The notes beneath the pieces were generated by a model that saw only the letters and a program-made list of their open reading frames with translations, was not told the origin of the DNA and did not search any database. This document shows positions 13,590-28,351 of a stretch of 64,000 nt of DNA, one piece after another. Position 1 is the stretch's first letter. Each line of letters begins with the position of its first letter. The position numbers and the translations under genes are program-made. Origin of the DNA: Chara braunii (lineage: Eukaryota; Plantae; Charophyceae); the NCBI GenBank assembly GCA_003427395.1, contig BFEA01000007.1, positions 6,479,957-6,543,956 of the forward strand. Direction: 5' to 3'.

Positions 13590-16500
13590 GCTGTGACAAA
13601 CTGTTTCGTCGGAGTTTCACCGACTCATCAGGAGGCTGAACCCTCAACAGTCTGAAAAACACACACAAGGATTACACTGTAAGTGATAATCCACCTTTAA
13701 CCAAAATCAAAGTAGACTATCACTCACCCACACCAGATGGAAAACTCTACAGACTGTCGGTTCACACCCCATCACAAGCCAGCATATATATTTTTTTACG
13801 GAAAAAAATACGTTCGCGACCTGTTCGCAAAACAATCGTTGGATTCATCGGTGTGGCGTGCGTGCAGTCCAGGTACGTAACTCTCTCTCCCACCCTTTCT
13901 GTGTGTGTGTGTGTGAGAGAGCAGTGATGATCAGTGGCAATCACTCTCTCACACAGACACACACACACATTCACACACACAAATGTGATAGTGTATATTT
14001 CCATATTCGAACGGTAGATTCAATCGATTTAGCTCAGTCTATCGTTGGAAGTATCATCTAACCATCTGCGATCGACACACACCCACTCATACTCACACAC
14101 ACACACACACACAACTCGTTTCTAAGTCTGCGTGTGTGCACACTTCAAGTTGTTTGTCTGCATCCCTATCTGAGTGTTTGTCGGCTTGAGTGTGTGTGTG
14201 TGACCCGCCTATGTACTTATTTAACCGGAAGGCCCGAAGGGCCGATATTTTACCTGTGGACATGACATTTAGGGTCGTGGTGGGGAAAACACTTCAGTGG
14301 CAGGGAAAGAGACCCGCGACACTTTAAGAGCAGCGGAAACACTCAAGTAGTAGGTAAGTCGGTACCTCACCAAGTAGAGGTAAATATGACGAGTACCCGA
14401 CTCGAAGGCCGAGTAGAGGAAGGCAAAAACTGACATTTTTAGACGTCCAGTACCGGTAGGTAGGCAGGTACCAGGTCAAGTCTCAGTGTGTGTCATAGAT
14501 CTATCTGACACAACATTAATTCAATCAACCCCTCGACCTTTTCGGTCAAGGGGTATTACTACTAATCATAACCATCACAGCGCGCGTTATAACAGCGCGC
14601 GCTCATACTCTCGAAATTTTCTCAACGATTCACCCCGGCCTCAATGGCCGAGGAATTCGTTTTGAGTGTCACGCCAAAGCACGCACACCCCTCTCATTCA
14701 TACCGGCTCCGTCATAGTAGCCGATGTCATCACCGTGTCGAATGCAAAAGCATGGCCAAATACCCTTGTAAGTGTATTTGGTCCGACAGTATTCCCGGAC
14801 CCTATTAAGCGACGTCCCCGTCGCTAAGGACGTTTATCACGATCGTTCATACAGTTTTCCTTTTTATTGTTTCCCAAAATCAAACCAACTGATAAAATAT
14901 GACAAGATCGATAACACCACTGGACAGATGATACAATACAAAACAATACATGTACTTCTCTTTCCTGTTTGAAAGAGAAGGTGAATCCCTTTCCCAGATA
15001 AGGCGCATCTTTGATAAGTGGATAGCCAAATCTGAGTCCCTCGATTGAGATGCAGTCACGATTCATATTGTCTCCCTTGATACATTCTACCATCGCCGGG
15101 ATTCTAACTCGGGTCTCCCACATACTGAAAAATTTCCAGAACGAAACTCAATGAACCAATGGTGGGGATACTGGATTTAACTACAATGATGAACACTACC
15201 AAGAGAGACAACGATCATTTTTTCCACATCTTTAGACTTTCTTCCCAGATCCTCGTTGGTTGTCCAATGAGTCATAAAATCTGTCTCTTTGGACGCAAGT
15301 CGTAACCTAAACCATATTACCGTCCCGCCCGAAGTCTAATGCGAAGGGATCGGCGGTCTCGGTCTCAACCCACCATATCCTGGTTGATTAGGCCAGATCT
15401 GCGACCCATTGTGTTGTTATCTTAACTGTGGTTCCCATATTGGTTGCGCAATAACTGAAAAATCCTCCTATCGTAGGTTTTACCTAGCTTTTAGACCTGA
15501 CTCTCGACCCCTTTGATAACTACCTGAATTGATCCCCAATAGGATGGCCGCCCTTCAAGTTTCAACTCTAGGCCAAGACCAGAATGTTCGCTGCCTGGTT
15601 ATACTTGGTCAGCAGCCAACGTTGGGAGTTACGTCCCAACGATGCCAATTTTTCACCATAGGCTTGGTAATTTAGTCCCTCTGACTGACCTCCTTGAGTG
15701 GATGAACGATGTTCATTTTAATATATACAAAAAAAAATTGATAATTCATTGATAAATTTCCCCCCCTCGTCAGGTTGCCATTATTCGATGAACGATGTGC
15801 ATTTCAAGATATAAAAAAAAAAATCAATATATAAACCAACCAATACAAACAAATTTCTCATCATCGTCAAATTGCCAAATAGTGGATGAACGAGGGGCAT
15901 CGTCAGGTTGCCACTCAGTGGTCGTGTCTTCCTGTCTCGATCACAGCTCAGTCAGACACACGTCTTGAGGATCTCTCAAAATAAGTAAAACGAGCCGAAA
16001 ACTCAAAATAAATATAATTTTTTTTGGCTTTCACAATATCATTGATGCAAAAGATATCTTTTCAGAACATTAACAATTTCAAACGATCCCATTTCGGGAT
16101 CCTTTAATCTTATCTCAGATTAACCCCATTGGGATGGTGAACGGTGCTCTCTGCAAAATATATACATTTTTAAAAGAAGCTGAAAAAATGACACATCTCA
16201 TGTGTCTTTTCATTGCAAGGCCCATCTTTTGGTTTCCCTCCAATAATTTTCATGACTCAAAATAAGACTCAATTTTTAAGGTCACCGTCAGCCCTCCATT
16301 TTGGGGTTAGATCTTAAATAATCCAAATAAGAACCGACTCAATAACGAATACATTTATAATACATGTGTCTGGGTATTAATCAGAACGTACTCAAGGAGG
16401 ATTAAACCTTCTCTAAGATGATCATCAAAGATCAAAATATCATATCATGTCAATCGAATCACAATCAATAGTGAGGAAACAACTCAAAAAAAACTTTTGT

Positions 16501-19500
16501 TGTACGCAGGGTTTTCCCCCTCTTTTCACGCAACTTTTAAAATAAAAATGTAAACGATATTCTCCTGCCATAAAGAAATAATACAGTGTGAATAATCAGT
16601 AATATTACGAAAAGATGTTTGAACTGTAAAGGAAGTTCGTGAAAATTTCAAACCATTGAATCATATCACTGCAGACAAACATCAACTGATAACTTCCACG
16701 GACAATGAGAACAATGCTTACATTAAAATACCACAACAACAAATACAATAAAGATACAAAATAACAATGACATAATATTTATTTGTTTTTTTTTGCTTAA
16801 CAGAGGTATATTGTGTCGAGGGGTGATGTAATCATACCTAAGAGATAACATCTCAGCTTATGAGTCCCACTCTAGGACTGAGCCTCACCACGTCTCCCTC
16901 CGATTCCAATGCCGAAATCCCATCAGTATACTGCCAACACGGTCGAACGACTTCATTTCACATGCTCCAGGTTGGTTAGGCCTTGACCATGGAGATGAGG
17001 TGGCCCTGCCCGACACAAGGTTAGGCAACCACTCCTTACCTCATGGCGAACAGCAGCCGCCTTCGCTATAGACAACATCGTAATGAGACCCCAAACATTT
17101 TCCTCCCCCTCGATGATAGTGTAGTTACTTCTCCTCTTTAGAAAATGTGACAACACCTCACTATGGACCGAAAACATTGTTCCGGCGTGAGTCTCATTAC
17201 CACCTACGAAACTTTTTTATACCCTCTTTAAGCGGTTCGGAAAAGTATCAACCAACGTTGCAATCTTTCAAAGGACAGTTTCTGCATGCTGATCTCCCTC
17301 GAGATAATTTTTCTCTTCAAAGATGGGTCACTTCATTCACCTCTAGCGCCGTGCTGAACGTGGATTTCATACTGTTTTTCTACCCTTATTGAAGAAAGCA
17401 ATTCATAAATATAGTCAGTCAGGTACAAACAATCACCAAACAATCGATAAATATGCGTACATAACAAGTTACAAATTTTAATCAACAAAGAACAAAGCAC
17501 AAAATGATATATCACTTTAAACATATATAATTCATTTTCACATGCATTCATTCATACCCCGTCATGTACATTCCCCATAGTGGGAATAAGTAGTCTTATC
17601 ACTCTTTATATAATACTGTAATTCGAGGAGTTGGTTATCCCTCAAGTGGATACTCTCATACTCTGATCATATTGAGTATAACAAAGAAGATAGTTATTTA
17701 AGTAGATAGTCCCATGATACAATTTTCAATGCTTGACCAACTAATAAAGTTCGAGTCCATTCATATCTCCTTTAAAAATTCGATAAATCTAATTGGACTC
17801 TTTATGCAATGATTCCTAAAGTTAAATCATTATCATACTTTATCATATATAACCTCAAACGGATATGTATTTTTCAAGTAGATGACATAATATTACGCTC
17901 GCTATACTATTCGTCCCTAAGGATTAATCAGTCACTAAGTGGGTGATGAAATAGTTAATTTATATTTTATGATCTTCTAAGTGTTAAATATTATTTCAAT
18001 AAATAACCCTACCAACAAACTCCATATCACATCGCCGTAATGTTACAAACTTGTTCCTACTAACTAATCAGTTTCTAACTCTTGAAATAACTAAACATAG
18101 TATCACCCACTTTTATTTTATTTATCTACTTATATCATCTTACACTCGGTTTTCTAGGGTCTCTTTAGCATACACATCCCAAGCTTCCCTTTCGAAATTT
18201 ATACCAAAGATCGAGGCTCCTTGTACCAGAGTAAACCTAATATATATTAGTTCACTACCACTTGAACGTACCTATCAAATACATAACTTGGCTACAGTAT
18301 AATGTTGGCAGCAGGACAACTGTAAAATATATATATCTCACTATATTCAGTAAGCTTTCAGAGAGGGTAATTACTTTAGGCAGATAGTCAAACTTCATAC
18401 GTCTCACGACATAACTTCCAGAGTCAGACTCGTATCGAGAAAACAAGTCTATCACGAAGACCTACATCAGATGACTTTGAAATTGGATGGTCGATTTTTA
18501 TTCTGTAAGTAATAATTAATAGGGTTAGTTTAATTTACAGTCTTATAGTCAGAATATATGACGCATGTCTTTGCGAACACACATGATCTTCAACTAGGTA
18601 GCCTAACAACTATACATTTTTCCACAACGGGCCTATTCGACATTCATATACATCATCAAACTCCAAAAGCGAACTAGCAGTACGCATCGTCTTTCTTTCC
18701 CTACCTCAACGAGACTTTTTCTAGTCTTTCAAGAGAGGTACTGTAACGGCGGGGCATGGGGGATACATAATCTTTCATTAATCTTCATGGTATGAAAAAA
18801 ACATTACTAAGTCAGACTTACCCCTTTGTAGACTTCTTGGCAATGACTTTGATTAGGGATTTAAGCCTCATTACAACAAGTGTTCTGGTCTTGCTAGCTC
18901 AGGAAAAGACAAACATTACTTGAATCCACTATGGTTGTCTTTCCGACCATTCCCCTATATGGTGGGCAAGAGATAACCCTGCCTAAATGGTTATAGCATA
19001 AAAAGGAAAGTGAAGACCCACCACACAGGAAATGATCCATTGGTACGACCTACAAATCGAAGGGTGGATCATGCACACATGATGGTGGTGGAAGCGCATG
19101 TCGAAAAAATTTGAAGAAGGACGGTTAAGTATAAGTAAGGAGGTAGGATGAAGATAATGGACGGATAATCTTATACATGAAAGTGATTTAAAGTATGGTA
19201 AGGAATGATATAGTATTCTTCGCAACAGGTACTACGTCACTTTATCAGTTGAGGTCGAATGTTTGTGTTTGTCACCTTGATAACCGCATAATCTCATACC
19301 ATTTTCTTTCCCTTCTCTTTTCTCATTTTTCCTCCTTCAATCATTCTCTCCTTCTTGTGAAGTAAACAAATAGATCGTTAGTAATAACTTATGCCATCCA
19401 TCAGTCATACCCAAATAAGTAGTAGGGTTACTCATACGGGAGTATCCCTCTACTGTCCAAATACAATCACCTCATTCCCTCGTTAGTTGATCCCTAAATC

Positions 19501-21926
19501 AAACAAGTATTATTCTGACCGTTCACATATCTTGCCTATGCGTCGTGTATGAGCAAGAGGCATGCCGACCTCACGGGAGTCCTCACTCTTCTTGTCAAGT
19601 GGCTTTCGCTGTGCATATTTTAGTTAGTGGCGAAAATAGTTTGTATGAAATTCTTTCCTCACCCCTTTTTCAATACCAAGTAGACTATTCAACCGGAGAT
19701 AAGATAGTTCTCACGAGAAACCCCCTTTCCCCACTTTTCAGTCTAATGGATCGTCCTAGACTTAGGAGTTTTTGTACTCACGTGGTGAGTACTTCAATTC
19801 CTTTCCAAGTCTTGTCCGAAAGGTGATTAGGAGAGCCCCACGGGAGCCTTCTGCCACCTTCGCTTATATTAGTCGTCCTAGCCTAGAAGCCATGTACCCC
19901 ACTGTAGTACCGGATTACCTCTTAGATCTAGTCCGTAAAGTAACAAAAAGACGCACGACATCTTCCCGTTACCAACGCCGAAGTCAGACAGACACTTCGC
20001 TAGATCATTACTTAGTTGGGTGAATGGCAGGGTAACTCTTACGGGAGTATCCCATCATTTACCTCAGTCATTTCATGCAAGCAACGTAACGACTCCAAGG
20101 GAGCCTCCATCATACAAGGAATAAAAGTCTGTCATAAACCTACAACTTATACATAGCTAAAGAGATACAGACAAAGAAAGTAGTAGTAAAACAAAGTTCA
20201 CTTAAGTCGGTGTACATTAGCGAAAAATAAGTGGAACAGTCAGTCACGCGTCTATCCCTCCTCGACTCTTTGAGAACTTATGAGAGTCAATTAGAATCAT
20301 TAACCTCTTAACAACTGAAGCTGACAGACGGGCCTACACAGACAAATGACCCGAGTACGTAAACAGAAGGAAGGATCCAGCATACGCAGACACCTTCCTC
20401 AAATCATTAACCTAACTTCTACCTACTATGTGAGAGTATTACATTCAGTAGTTGTATCTTTGACATAGACTCCTAACTATCCTATACCCTAGTCCGTTGT
20501 TTAAGGACGTTCGTAGGAAGTTGAAGTCCCGGACAATACAATTATGTTCACATTGTTGGTGTGACTTCGTACTCCTGCATATAACATTCTTAGTGTCTAG
20601 CCAACGGTAATTTAACTCACGTGTCACAAGCTATATTATCTTATCTAACGGTTGTCCTTCTCCTGTAATCATCGTTTTACCAAACCCGAGTTCGTTCACT
20701 GAGGACCTCGGTTGGAAAGCGACATCCCTGACAACAGCGCCACCTATCGCGTACGGTGGTCCCGCACCCCGCTGAGGAGCATTGAACCTCACGGTCGTGT
20801 CACGCAGGATTTATTTCTTGAAGAACAACAAGTCACCACTCCGACTGTGCGCGCTAGCTATAGCTCTCACGACGCCCCATGACAGGTCAGGACGTCGCGA
20901 GGTACAACTCACCTCTACCCGATGGGCTGTCACCCCTCAGGTAGGCGTATCCCTGCTGAGCTACCGGCCCACATGCAAAGGCTTTTACATGCCTTTGTAG
21001 AGGTAGGTCAACCGAAGGTGTTTTCTCGATCGTCGTAGCATAGGTATACGCGTGGTTGAACGCCTAAGACTGACCCGTTTACGTGTCGGGCATCGGGACG
21101 CTGATCTCCCGGACCGACTTACTATTCAGGTCGACTCTATTGACGATCTCTCACGCACACATTACTCTGACCTACTTGTACTTGACCAATTATATAAGTT
21201 ATTTTAGTTTTCCCAAATCAATTACATACATGAAGAATACAGTTCAAAGGTTGAGACTGGAGGGCAAGGAGATGTCTTTTATATTTTTACACAAACAGAG
21301 GCAAACATCAGAATGAACGAAGCTTTGACTTTTGAAAGGAAACAATCGATAGGCTTTTGGCCTTTCAAACACACATTACAAACAAAAATAAGCTCATGGC
21401 CTGTCATCAAAAATAAAAGATACGCTCGACCTTTCAAAGAAAAATGATATGAACAAGGCTCTTTCGCCTTTGTCAATTGTCCTAATCTATTCAACATCAA
21501 GTGACAAAAGTTGAAAATCCAAACCAAATGTACGAAGGTTACGAATCAAGAAATGTCTGAGTCGAGGCTCAAGTAAGCATAAGCAATGCAAGTTGAGTGA
21601 ATAGCACGTGGTTGGTCGTCTTACTGACATGCAGACAAGAGTCAATCACATTACACAATCCTAGCAGAGTCAACCATTCATTCACTTAACACACATTACA
21701 CTTACGCTTTCAAACCTTTCAACCTGACATTCCCTTTTTGACTTAGTCATTCAAGGACCTCTTTTGACCAAACACAGACTCTTTAGACAATGACCCGAAA
21801 CAAAAATGTCATTTAGTGCAAAGGCTGATGCGAAGTGTGGGTGTAGAGGGTGAGTGAGGGTTAAGTTGGCGAACCAACCTGTTACCATAAGGCAACAACA
21901 TGAAGTCTTGTACAAACTCATAACGA
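13590..21926 (-). mobile_element. Decayed large element of unresolved class with conserved RNA modules; truncated by the Gypsy LTR at 21927
   Basis: Shares modules with 40085-40347, 47648-48036 and 47017-47088; hammerhead near its left end; no intact ORF. Confidence 0.55.
13597..13654 (-). ncRNA. Type III hammerhead ribozyme
   Basis: Minus strand reads cagactGUU-gagg(guucag)ccuc-CUGAUGA-gucgg(ugaaacu)ccgac-GAAAC-aguuug; all three stems pair and the core is intact. Confidence 0.9.
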
Positions 21927-23029
21927 TGTCAGTCGGGGAGCTACCCTTTGTGCCAGGTCTCAGATATCAAGGTGCTTAGTGGTCCGAAGGCTGCCCCTTT
22001 CCGCCCCACTCCCCCGACACTGACTGTCTCAGCCTAGACTGGGTTCGGTAGCCTTAGCATTCCCCATGGTCACCCCCTCTACGACCCTTTGGCGCGACTC
22101 TGGCCTAGGCCTTCGCCCTGATCAGACTTGCGCCCTTAGTCCGATAGCGGTACGATCTGGCATGGAAAAAAATTACCGACGGACTCAGTTGCTAACGGAG
22201 AAAGGAACCCAGTTTTGAGTTGACAACGGGAGGGGGACGAACAGTTTGGGTTCGCGGAACTGCGGTTTGGTGAAGGCTAAGATTTGTTAAGTCCACGGGG
22301 CACGCATACCACGACATCAAGGCGGACAACAGTACTACAGAACTCAGTTCGGCGTTGGATAAACGGGTCTCCTCAAATTTCGGGAACTTAGTTCAGCGCA
22401 GAGGAGACAGAGTTTCTTGAGATTAAGGGACTTGGTTCGAAGCAGAACAAAACGGGAATGGGTTCGGTGAAGGGTAAAACAAGATTTTCCAAAGTCATTA
22501 AAACTCGGTATGGCGCAGAACAGAACTGCACCACATGCTCAGATGAGTCTCGAGCTTCAAAGTAAGGCAAACGCCTACGTGAAACTCAAATAAAACCCGG
22601 GGTGAAAAACGAAAAGGTTCGTATGAAGGCCGACCAAAAAAAGGACGTCTGGGAGCTTGACCCGAACCGTAAAGATCGAGTCTTCAGACTATGGTCCACT
22701 CTCCCTTTGTATCTACCGTTGGCAACAACCTCCCCTGTACTCGCGACTCAGCTTGTTCTTCTCTCCCTTTCTCTTACACCCTTTTTCTCTGGATAGCCTC
22801 TTTCCCTCTCCCTCGATACTCTCTCCTTCCCTCTCTCTCTCTCCCGGTACTCTCTCTCTCTCGGTACTCTCTCTCTCTCGGCACCCCTCCTCTACCTCTC
22901 TCGCTCTTTTCCCTCTCTCTTACACTCTTTCTCTCTAGATACCCTCTCTTTTTCTTCCTCCATACTCTCTCTCTTTCCCTCGGTACTCTCTCTCTCTCTC
23001 TACACCCCTCCTCTACCTCTCTCGCTCTT

Positions 23030-23090
<61 letters not shown>

Positions 23091-26000
23091 TGCGCGGACC
23101 GCGGACCCAGCTGTGCTAAGCCGCCAAGCAGACTGAAACGACTCACGCACTACCAAAGAAGCTGCAAAGCCCGAAACCTGGAGTCCGTGACCTGGATCAG
23201 GGGATTCTTCTCGGACCTCGTCGCGAATGGCACAAATTGCCCTCTCGGATGTGCCTGTAGCACTCGAAGAGCCCCAATCTTCTCCTCTTGCACTCACAGA
23301 GCGAGGAGCTCAGCTTGCCTGCGCAAGCAACACTGACATCCACGAGGCCCCTGATCGTATCCACAAGGCGAAGGCTCAGGCAACTCCCACGCCTGCCGGT
23401 CATAACCATGCATGGCTCTGACCGTATCCAGGGCACGAAGAGCTCAGGGCTGCTTCCCAGTGCGGTGGCCGGCCGGCCTGCCGATCGTGAGCCCGCTTAC
23501 GAGCTTGTAACCAAATGACACTCCGGGCCGTCGTGCGTGGCTCGCCACGGCTCCACACCCGGGTAGTGTCCACTGGCTCCAAAGGGATACGTGCGCACCG
23601 GAAACCGTTCCCACGATCCGACGAAGCGCTTACCTCCCTTTCTTGGGCAGTCTCCTCTCCCGACTCCTCCACGTCCGGTAGCTTCGCCGGCTGCTGCTAG
23701 CGCTCTCTCCGGGTTCGCGCGCCCTTTTCCGCCTCACACCTCACCGACCCCGGGCGCCTTTCGAGAGTCTCAGAGCACCCCGCAGTCCTCTTATCTATGT
23801 TTTCTCCCTCTCTCTCCTTCTTTGTCTCTCAGGTTCAACTGATCCGTGTGCAAGCCTCTGTCGTGGAGCGCAACTCTCGTTCACAAGCCAGCTCGCCGAC
23901 TAGTCCGACTCGTCTCGCGAAAGAGGCGCGCCTCTCGGTGCCCCAACAACAGGTGCGTTCACTACGTATGCTCCGGTCTCAAAAAGCCTCGTCCGGGTAC
24001 GAAGATCTCTCTCCTCCCGTCCGCCTGGATCGAATTACGCTCCGAGCGTCGGAGTCTTCCCTTCCCCGAACGCCACCGTGATCTTCAAACGCCTCTCAAC
24101 TACGCGTGCGCTTTTCTCCTCCTCCTCCCTTCGCTTTCACTCCTCCTTTTATACCCTCGTTCCTCGCTGGAAACGATCCTCCCTTTCCTCGTTTCGGCCA
24201 ATCATAGCTTTGGCCCTACTCCCGTCGTACACCCGACGACATTCTCCGTTTTCTCCTTTCCGCCGATCGCCGAGTGAATTTTCCTTGAAATTTTCAACTT
24301 CCCACCTACTCAGTCAAGCTCCCCCCCCCTCTCTCTTCGAACCATCTTCCCTTCTAGCCACAGTGCCGCTTTGGCCGGATGCCACAGAGCGCTAGGTCAC
24401 GCGAGTCGTCTCGATTTCCGCTCCAACTGCAACCAGCGCCTCCACCTGTCTTCCTGCAATGCTCCCCTGTGGTTTGCACTTGCCCTGCTTCCTTGCCTTG
24501 GTGCGCGCCAACCCTTTCCAACCTCTGCTGCTTGACAGTTATCAAGAAGCGTGCACATGCGCTCTCTTTTTCCTAACCGTTTCCAGTCACTCGGTCCTTT
24601 TTGATTTCTCCCACGCGCTTATTCTGCTATCTTCGTGTGGTGGATTCAACCCTCGCCTTCCTCGTCCTCCGATCCCATTCTCCCCCGGACCAAATTTTCC
24701 ATCCTCCTTCCTTAGGCCCCTGCAATGTCGTCCCCGCTCGCTACTCCCCTCGATTTTTCGTGCCCCCTAGCTGTGTCTACCTCCTCCGTAGAGTTTTCGG
24801 TCTCTTAACCGCGCAGATCCTCGGCGACATTCCTCAGTCGCCCGTTCGTCGAGGGATAGCTACCTCTTAGCACGAAGCCCTCTCCTTCAGCCTGCCAACC
24901 AGCATGTTGTCGACCTCCGATCCTAATGGGTTTGCTTCTCCTGATCCGTGCTCACACCCTTCCCTCCAATAGGAATCATCCCTTCTTCATTCGGTGGATC
25001 GATCTTGTGACACTCTCTCTCCGGTTTGCGTGTACCTCGTCCACGCTCTGTACCATCTGCCCTTTTCAACTCAGGTACACCCTGTGCTGTAGGCAGTTAC
25101 AGTCTTCCGCTTGCAACCGTTCGAGTTCCAATTTCCTCCCTCTCTTCGCTCAGTCCCCCTGGCCACGCCCCGTGGCAACCTGTCCGCCAATCCGGTTGTC
25201 AAGAAATCGGGCGCGCACGACTCTTCATTTCTTGATTCCAACTTCTCCGGTTGGCTCCTGCCTGCAATTTGCAGATCTCTTGCTCCCCCCCTTTTTTCCT
25301 ATTCGTGCTTCAGGGATCGCTGGGACACACCCCTCCCTACGAATTGCCCCTTCTCGCTTGCACCGACAGTTGAAGCTAGAGAGAAGTTGTTAGGTACTAC
25401 CCCCATTACGGTCGCAACCATACCTTAGTGGCTCGCGATTTTCGATTGGCGTCGAGCTCCTTCATTCGTGCCGGCTGCGTGCCCCATACCGATACTGGCA
25501 CAGCCCATCCGCCCATCGTACTGTTCCAGTTCGGAACAGGCTGATCGAGCTGCGCTGACTACCTTGCGGCGGCCTCTATGCCATCTTTGATTGCTCCGTG
25601 AGCCGGACCAAGTCACCTCACAGTTGAATGTCCGGAGGCCGATCCCACCAGCCGATCATTGTGTCGATTATCGCATTGCATTGTCGATTGATCTCTCGAG
25701 CTGACCTTGTCGGGTATCGCACAGCGGAGATGTCCGTCAAGACGCTCGCTCCAAACCTGGTTCGTCGCCTTGCTGTCGCCTAATCACTCGGGTTGGTTAC
25801 CTTGGTCCCGTGGCCTATCCCAGCGCTTGTGGCTAAGGCTTTCTGACCCCCGATCATCTCGTCTTCCGGGCCGCTGCCCCACGTCTGCGTGTAATCAATG
25901 GCTGATCCGCACGTCCGTCGTAACCCAACCGCTGAACATAATTAAAGCCCGGACCTTCCTTATTCCCCCCCTTTTACGACTTTTCCATGTTTCGATCCAA

Positions 26001-26662
26001 AGTTTACCATTTTTCCCCGGCTTTCAGGTGTGGCCCTGAAAAACCCCGATTTGTTGCCCGCATGACCCCGCTTGTTGCTTTGCGTCGACCGCCTTCATCC
26101 CTGCTTGTTCAAATGTTAGTATAAATAAAAAAACCTAAAGATCTTCCCCAAACCCCTCAGGCCTCATGCGTTCGTCACGGTTCGTGCATACAAACATGCA
26201 AAATCAAGGAAAAACATGCCAAAAAACTATGTTTGGTGAAGAGATAGTACTTTCGGCTGGTAGACAGCCGCCCGACAACCAGCCCACACCCGAATTCTCG
26301 TCGTCCCCGACGAGTATCTCTATGGCCCTTTTCCCAACCGAACTATGACACACACCCTATGGTTTATTTTCCCATGCACACTCCTTTCACAAGGGCCTTA
26401 GCTCGACACCCTTATCTGATTATGTTCCCCCGTTTTCCCCCATGGATCAGTTCTGGCTATGGGACAGCCTCCCTTAGTTTTCCGGGTTCCTTTTCTTTTA
26501 GCCTTTCGATCTCTAAATGACATTGCCTAACCATGGTACAATCTCCCTCAGTCTCCCTCCTTCTGGACTATGATTCTATGCGACATCCTCTAACCATGGT
26601 ACAGTCCCCCTTGGTCTGCCTTCTTTGGAATTATGATACATGTTCCTCCTAACTAAGGTACA
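21927..26662 (-). repeat. 3' LTR; left end well supported, right end inferred from the PPT
   Basis: TGTCAGTCGGGG at 21927 cuts off homology to the 8.7 kb copy; minus-strand GGGGAAAAGGGAGGT-TGTACC at 26677-26657. Confidence 0.6.
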
Positions 26663-26677
26663 ACCTCCCTTTTCCCC
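26663..26677 (-). promoter_or_regulatory. Polypurine tract candidate
   Basis: GGGGAAAAGGGAGGT just after the pol stop (26685) and directly before TG. Confidence 0.6.
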
Positions 26678-26684
26678 AAGGACA

Positions 26685-28350
26685 CTACATCCGTCTTTGT
26701 CTCCTCATTTTTCTCTCTCGCCTCTCTCTCTTTCGTTTCCTTTCTTCTCTCTCGCGTTTGGCTTTCAAGGCCTTCCTCAAAGCGCTTCGTCTTTCTTTCA
26801 TCCTGCGTTTTCCCCCTTGGTCGATATCACCGTCATTGTCCCTCGCCCTTTTCTTCCTCCTAGGCGTCTTTGGCAGGGAAGGTTTCCGAACCTTATACCC
26901 GTTCTTAGGTGGTTGCGAAGAGGCCCCTTGTTTGGATGTCTCCCCCTTCTCGTAGGTGACGGTTCCTCTTTCCTCGACCGACTCCTTTCCTTTCCCTTTC
27001 GGTTCGTCGCCACGGATCCCCCTCCATCGGAAAAGTTTGAGACGAGCCCCCGCGACAGGGTCTCGTAATCTAGCCCCATCTAGTTCGGCAAGAGGGTACG
27101 CTCCCCCATCCAATCTCTTCAGGACTCGATACGGCCTCATCCACCGATTTGCTCACATCTTGCTCCAAGTTTTTTCTAACGACGAATCGTACATCAAAAC
27201 GAGGTCACTAGTTCCTATCAGCTTTTGTCGGACCCGCAAATTCTTGTCCAACCTTTCTTTCCCTTTCAAAGGCTTTCATCCTTTTCTTCTCAATGTTCCT
27301 CCGTGCCTCGGTAAGTCCGGCGTCAAGATTTTCGACTATTTGTTGTATCCTCGCCTCTAACAGCTGAGTCCTCGTCATGTTGGTCTTCCAAGAGACAATC
27401 GTCCAAGTGTCGACGTGGAATTCGATGGGCAGCGTGCAGTGCCTACCGAACCAAAGCGTGTAAGGGGGATAACCTGTGCTTGCTTTGACCGTGATGTTGT
27501 CGGCCCAAATGGCATAGCGTAAGTACTTTGGTTATTGTTCCTCTCGCCCCTTGCACCATTTTGCTAATGCATCCACCAGCGTCTGGTGCCCTGTCTCGAC
27601 CGGAGCATTGCTTTGGGGGTGGTAGGTGGTTGTGTAGGTCGCCCTAATCCCGACTCTTTCCAATACCGCCTTGACCTTTTGGCTTAGGAACTCGGACCCC
27701 CTATCCATGACGATCTTCCTGACACATCCGTATCCCGCGATGTACTCTAGGAGAAATTCACTTACCTCCTCGACCGTCTTCTTTTTAATGGCCTTAGCCT
27801 CTACAAACCCTGTGAGGTCATCGCAGGCGTTAATGACATACCTAAGCCCGCCGACTCCTTTGGGCATAGTTACCAGGTTAACGTGGATCTTCTCGCATGG
27901 AACTGTGGGGAGCGAAGGTACAAAAAGTTCCTTGTAGCAAACTGTCGCCCTCTTTGGCAGGCCTCACAGGTCGAACAGTACTTATCGACTTCTCCGTACT
28001 ACCCATCCCACCAATAAAGCCTGCGGACTTTATTAAAAGTCCCCTTGACTCCCCGATGCCCCCCGACGCCTCCGTCGTGTAACTCCTCTATAACCGCCTT
28101 TCTCTCTTCCGGATCGCAAAGAACTCTCATGGGGATTGCGAACTTGGTGGGCCTCTTAAAGAGGTGGCCCCCTCACAGACAATACCCCAACGCCTCTCTT
28201 TTGACCGTCTTGGTGCCTTCTTCTCTACCGGCTACGTACAATCCTATGTTGCGGTACTTCCCATCGTAAAGTTTCGCGAGGAACGTCCTAGGGCTCTCGT
28301 CCTCTTCTCGGTTAGGCATTGTTACTTGTGCCTTGCTAAAGGCGACTTGC
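26685..28350 (-). pseudogene. pol: Integrase (HHCC, DDE core, GPY/F-like C-terminus, basic tail); contains stops
   Basis: ELHDGGVGGHRG...CSTCEACQ; CDDLTGFVEA...MDRGSEF...YHPQSNAPVE; RPYRVLKRLDGGAYPLAELDG. Confidence 0.92.
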
Positions 28351-28351
28351 A

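Noticed and set aside
26685-27140. Chromodomain or env after integrase
   Set aside because: Only a GPY/F-like segment and a basic low-complexity tail; no aromatic-cage or transmembrane pattern seen
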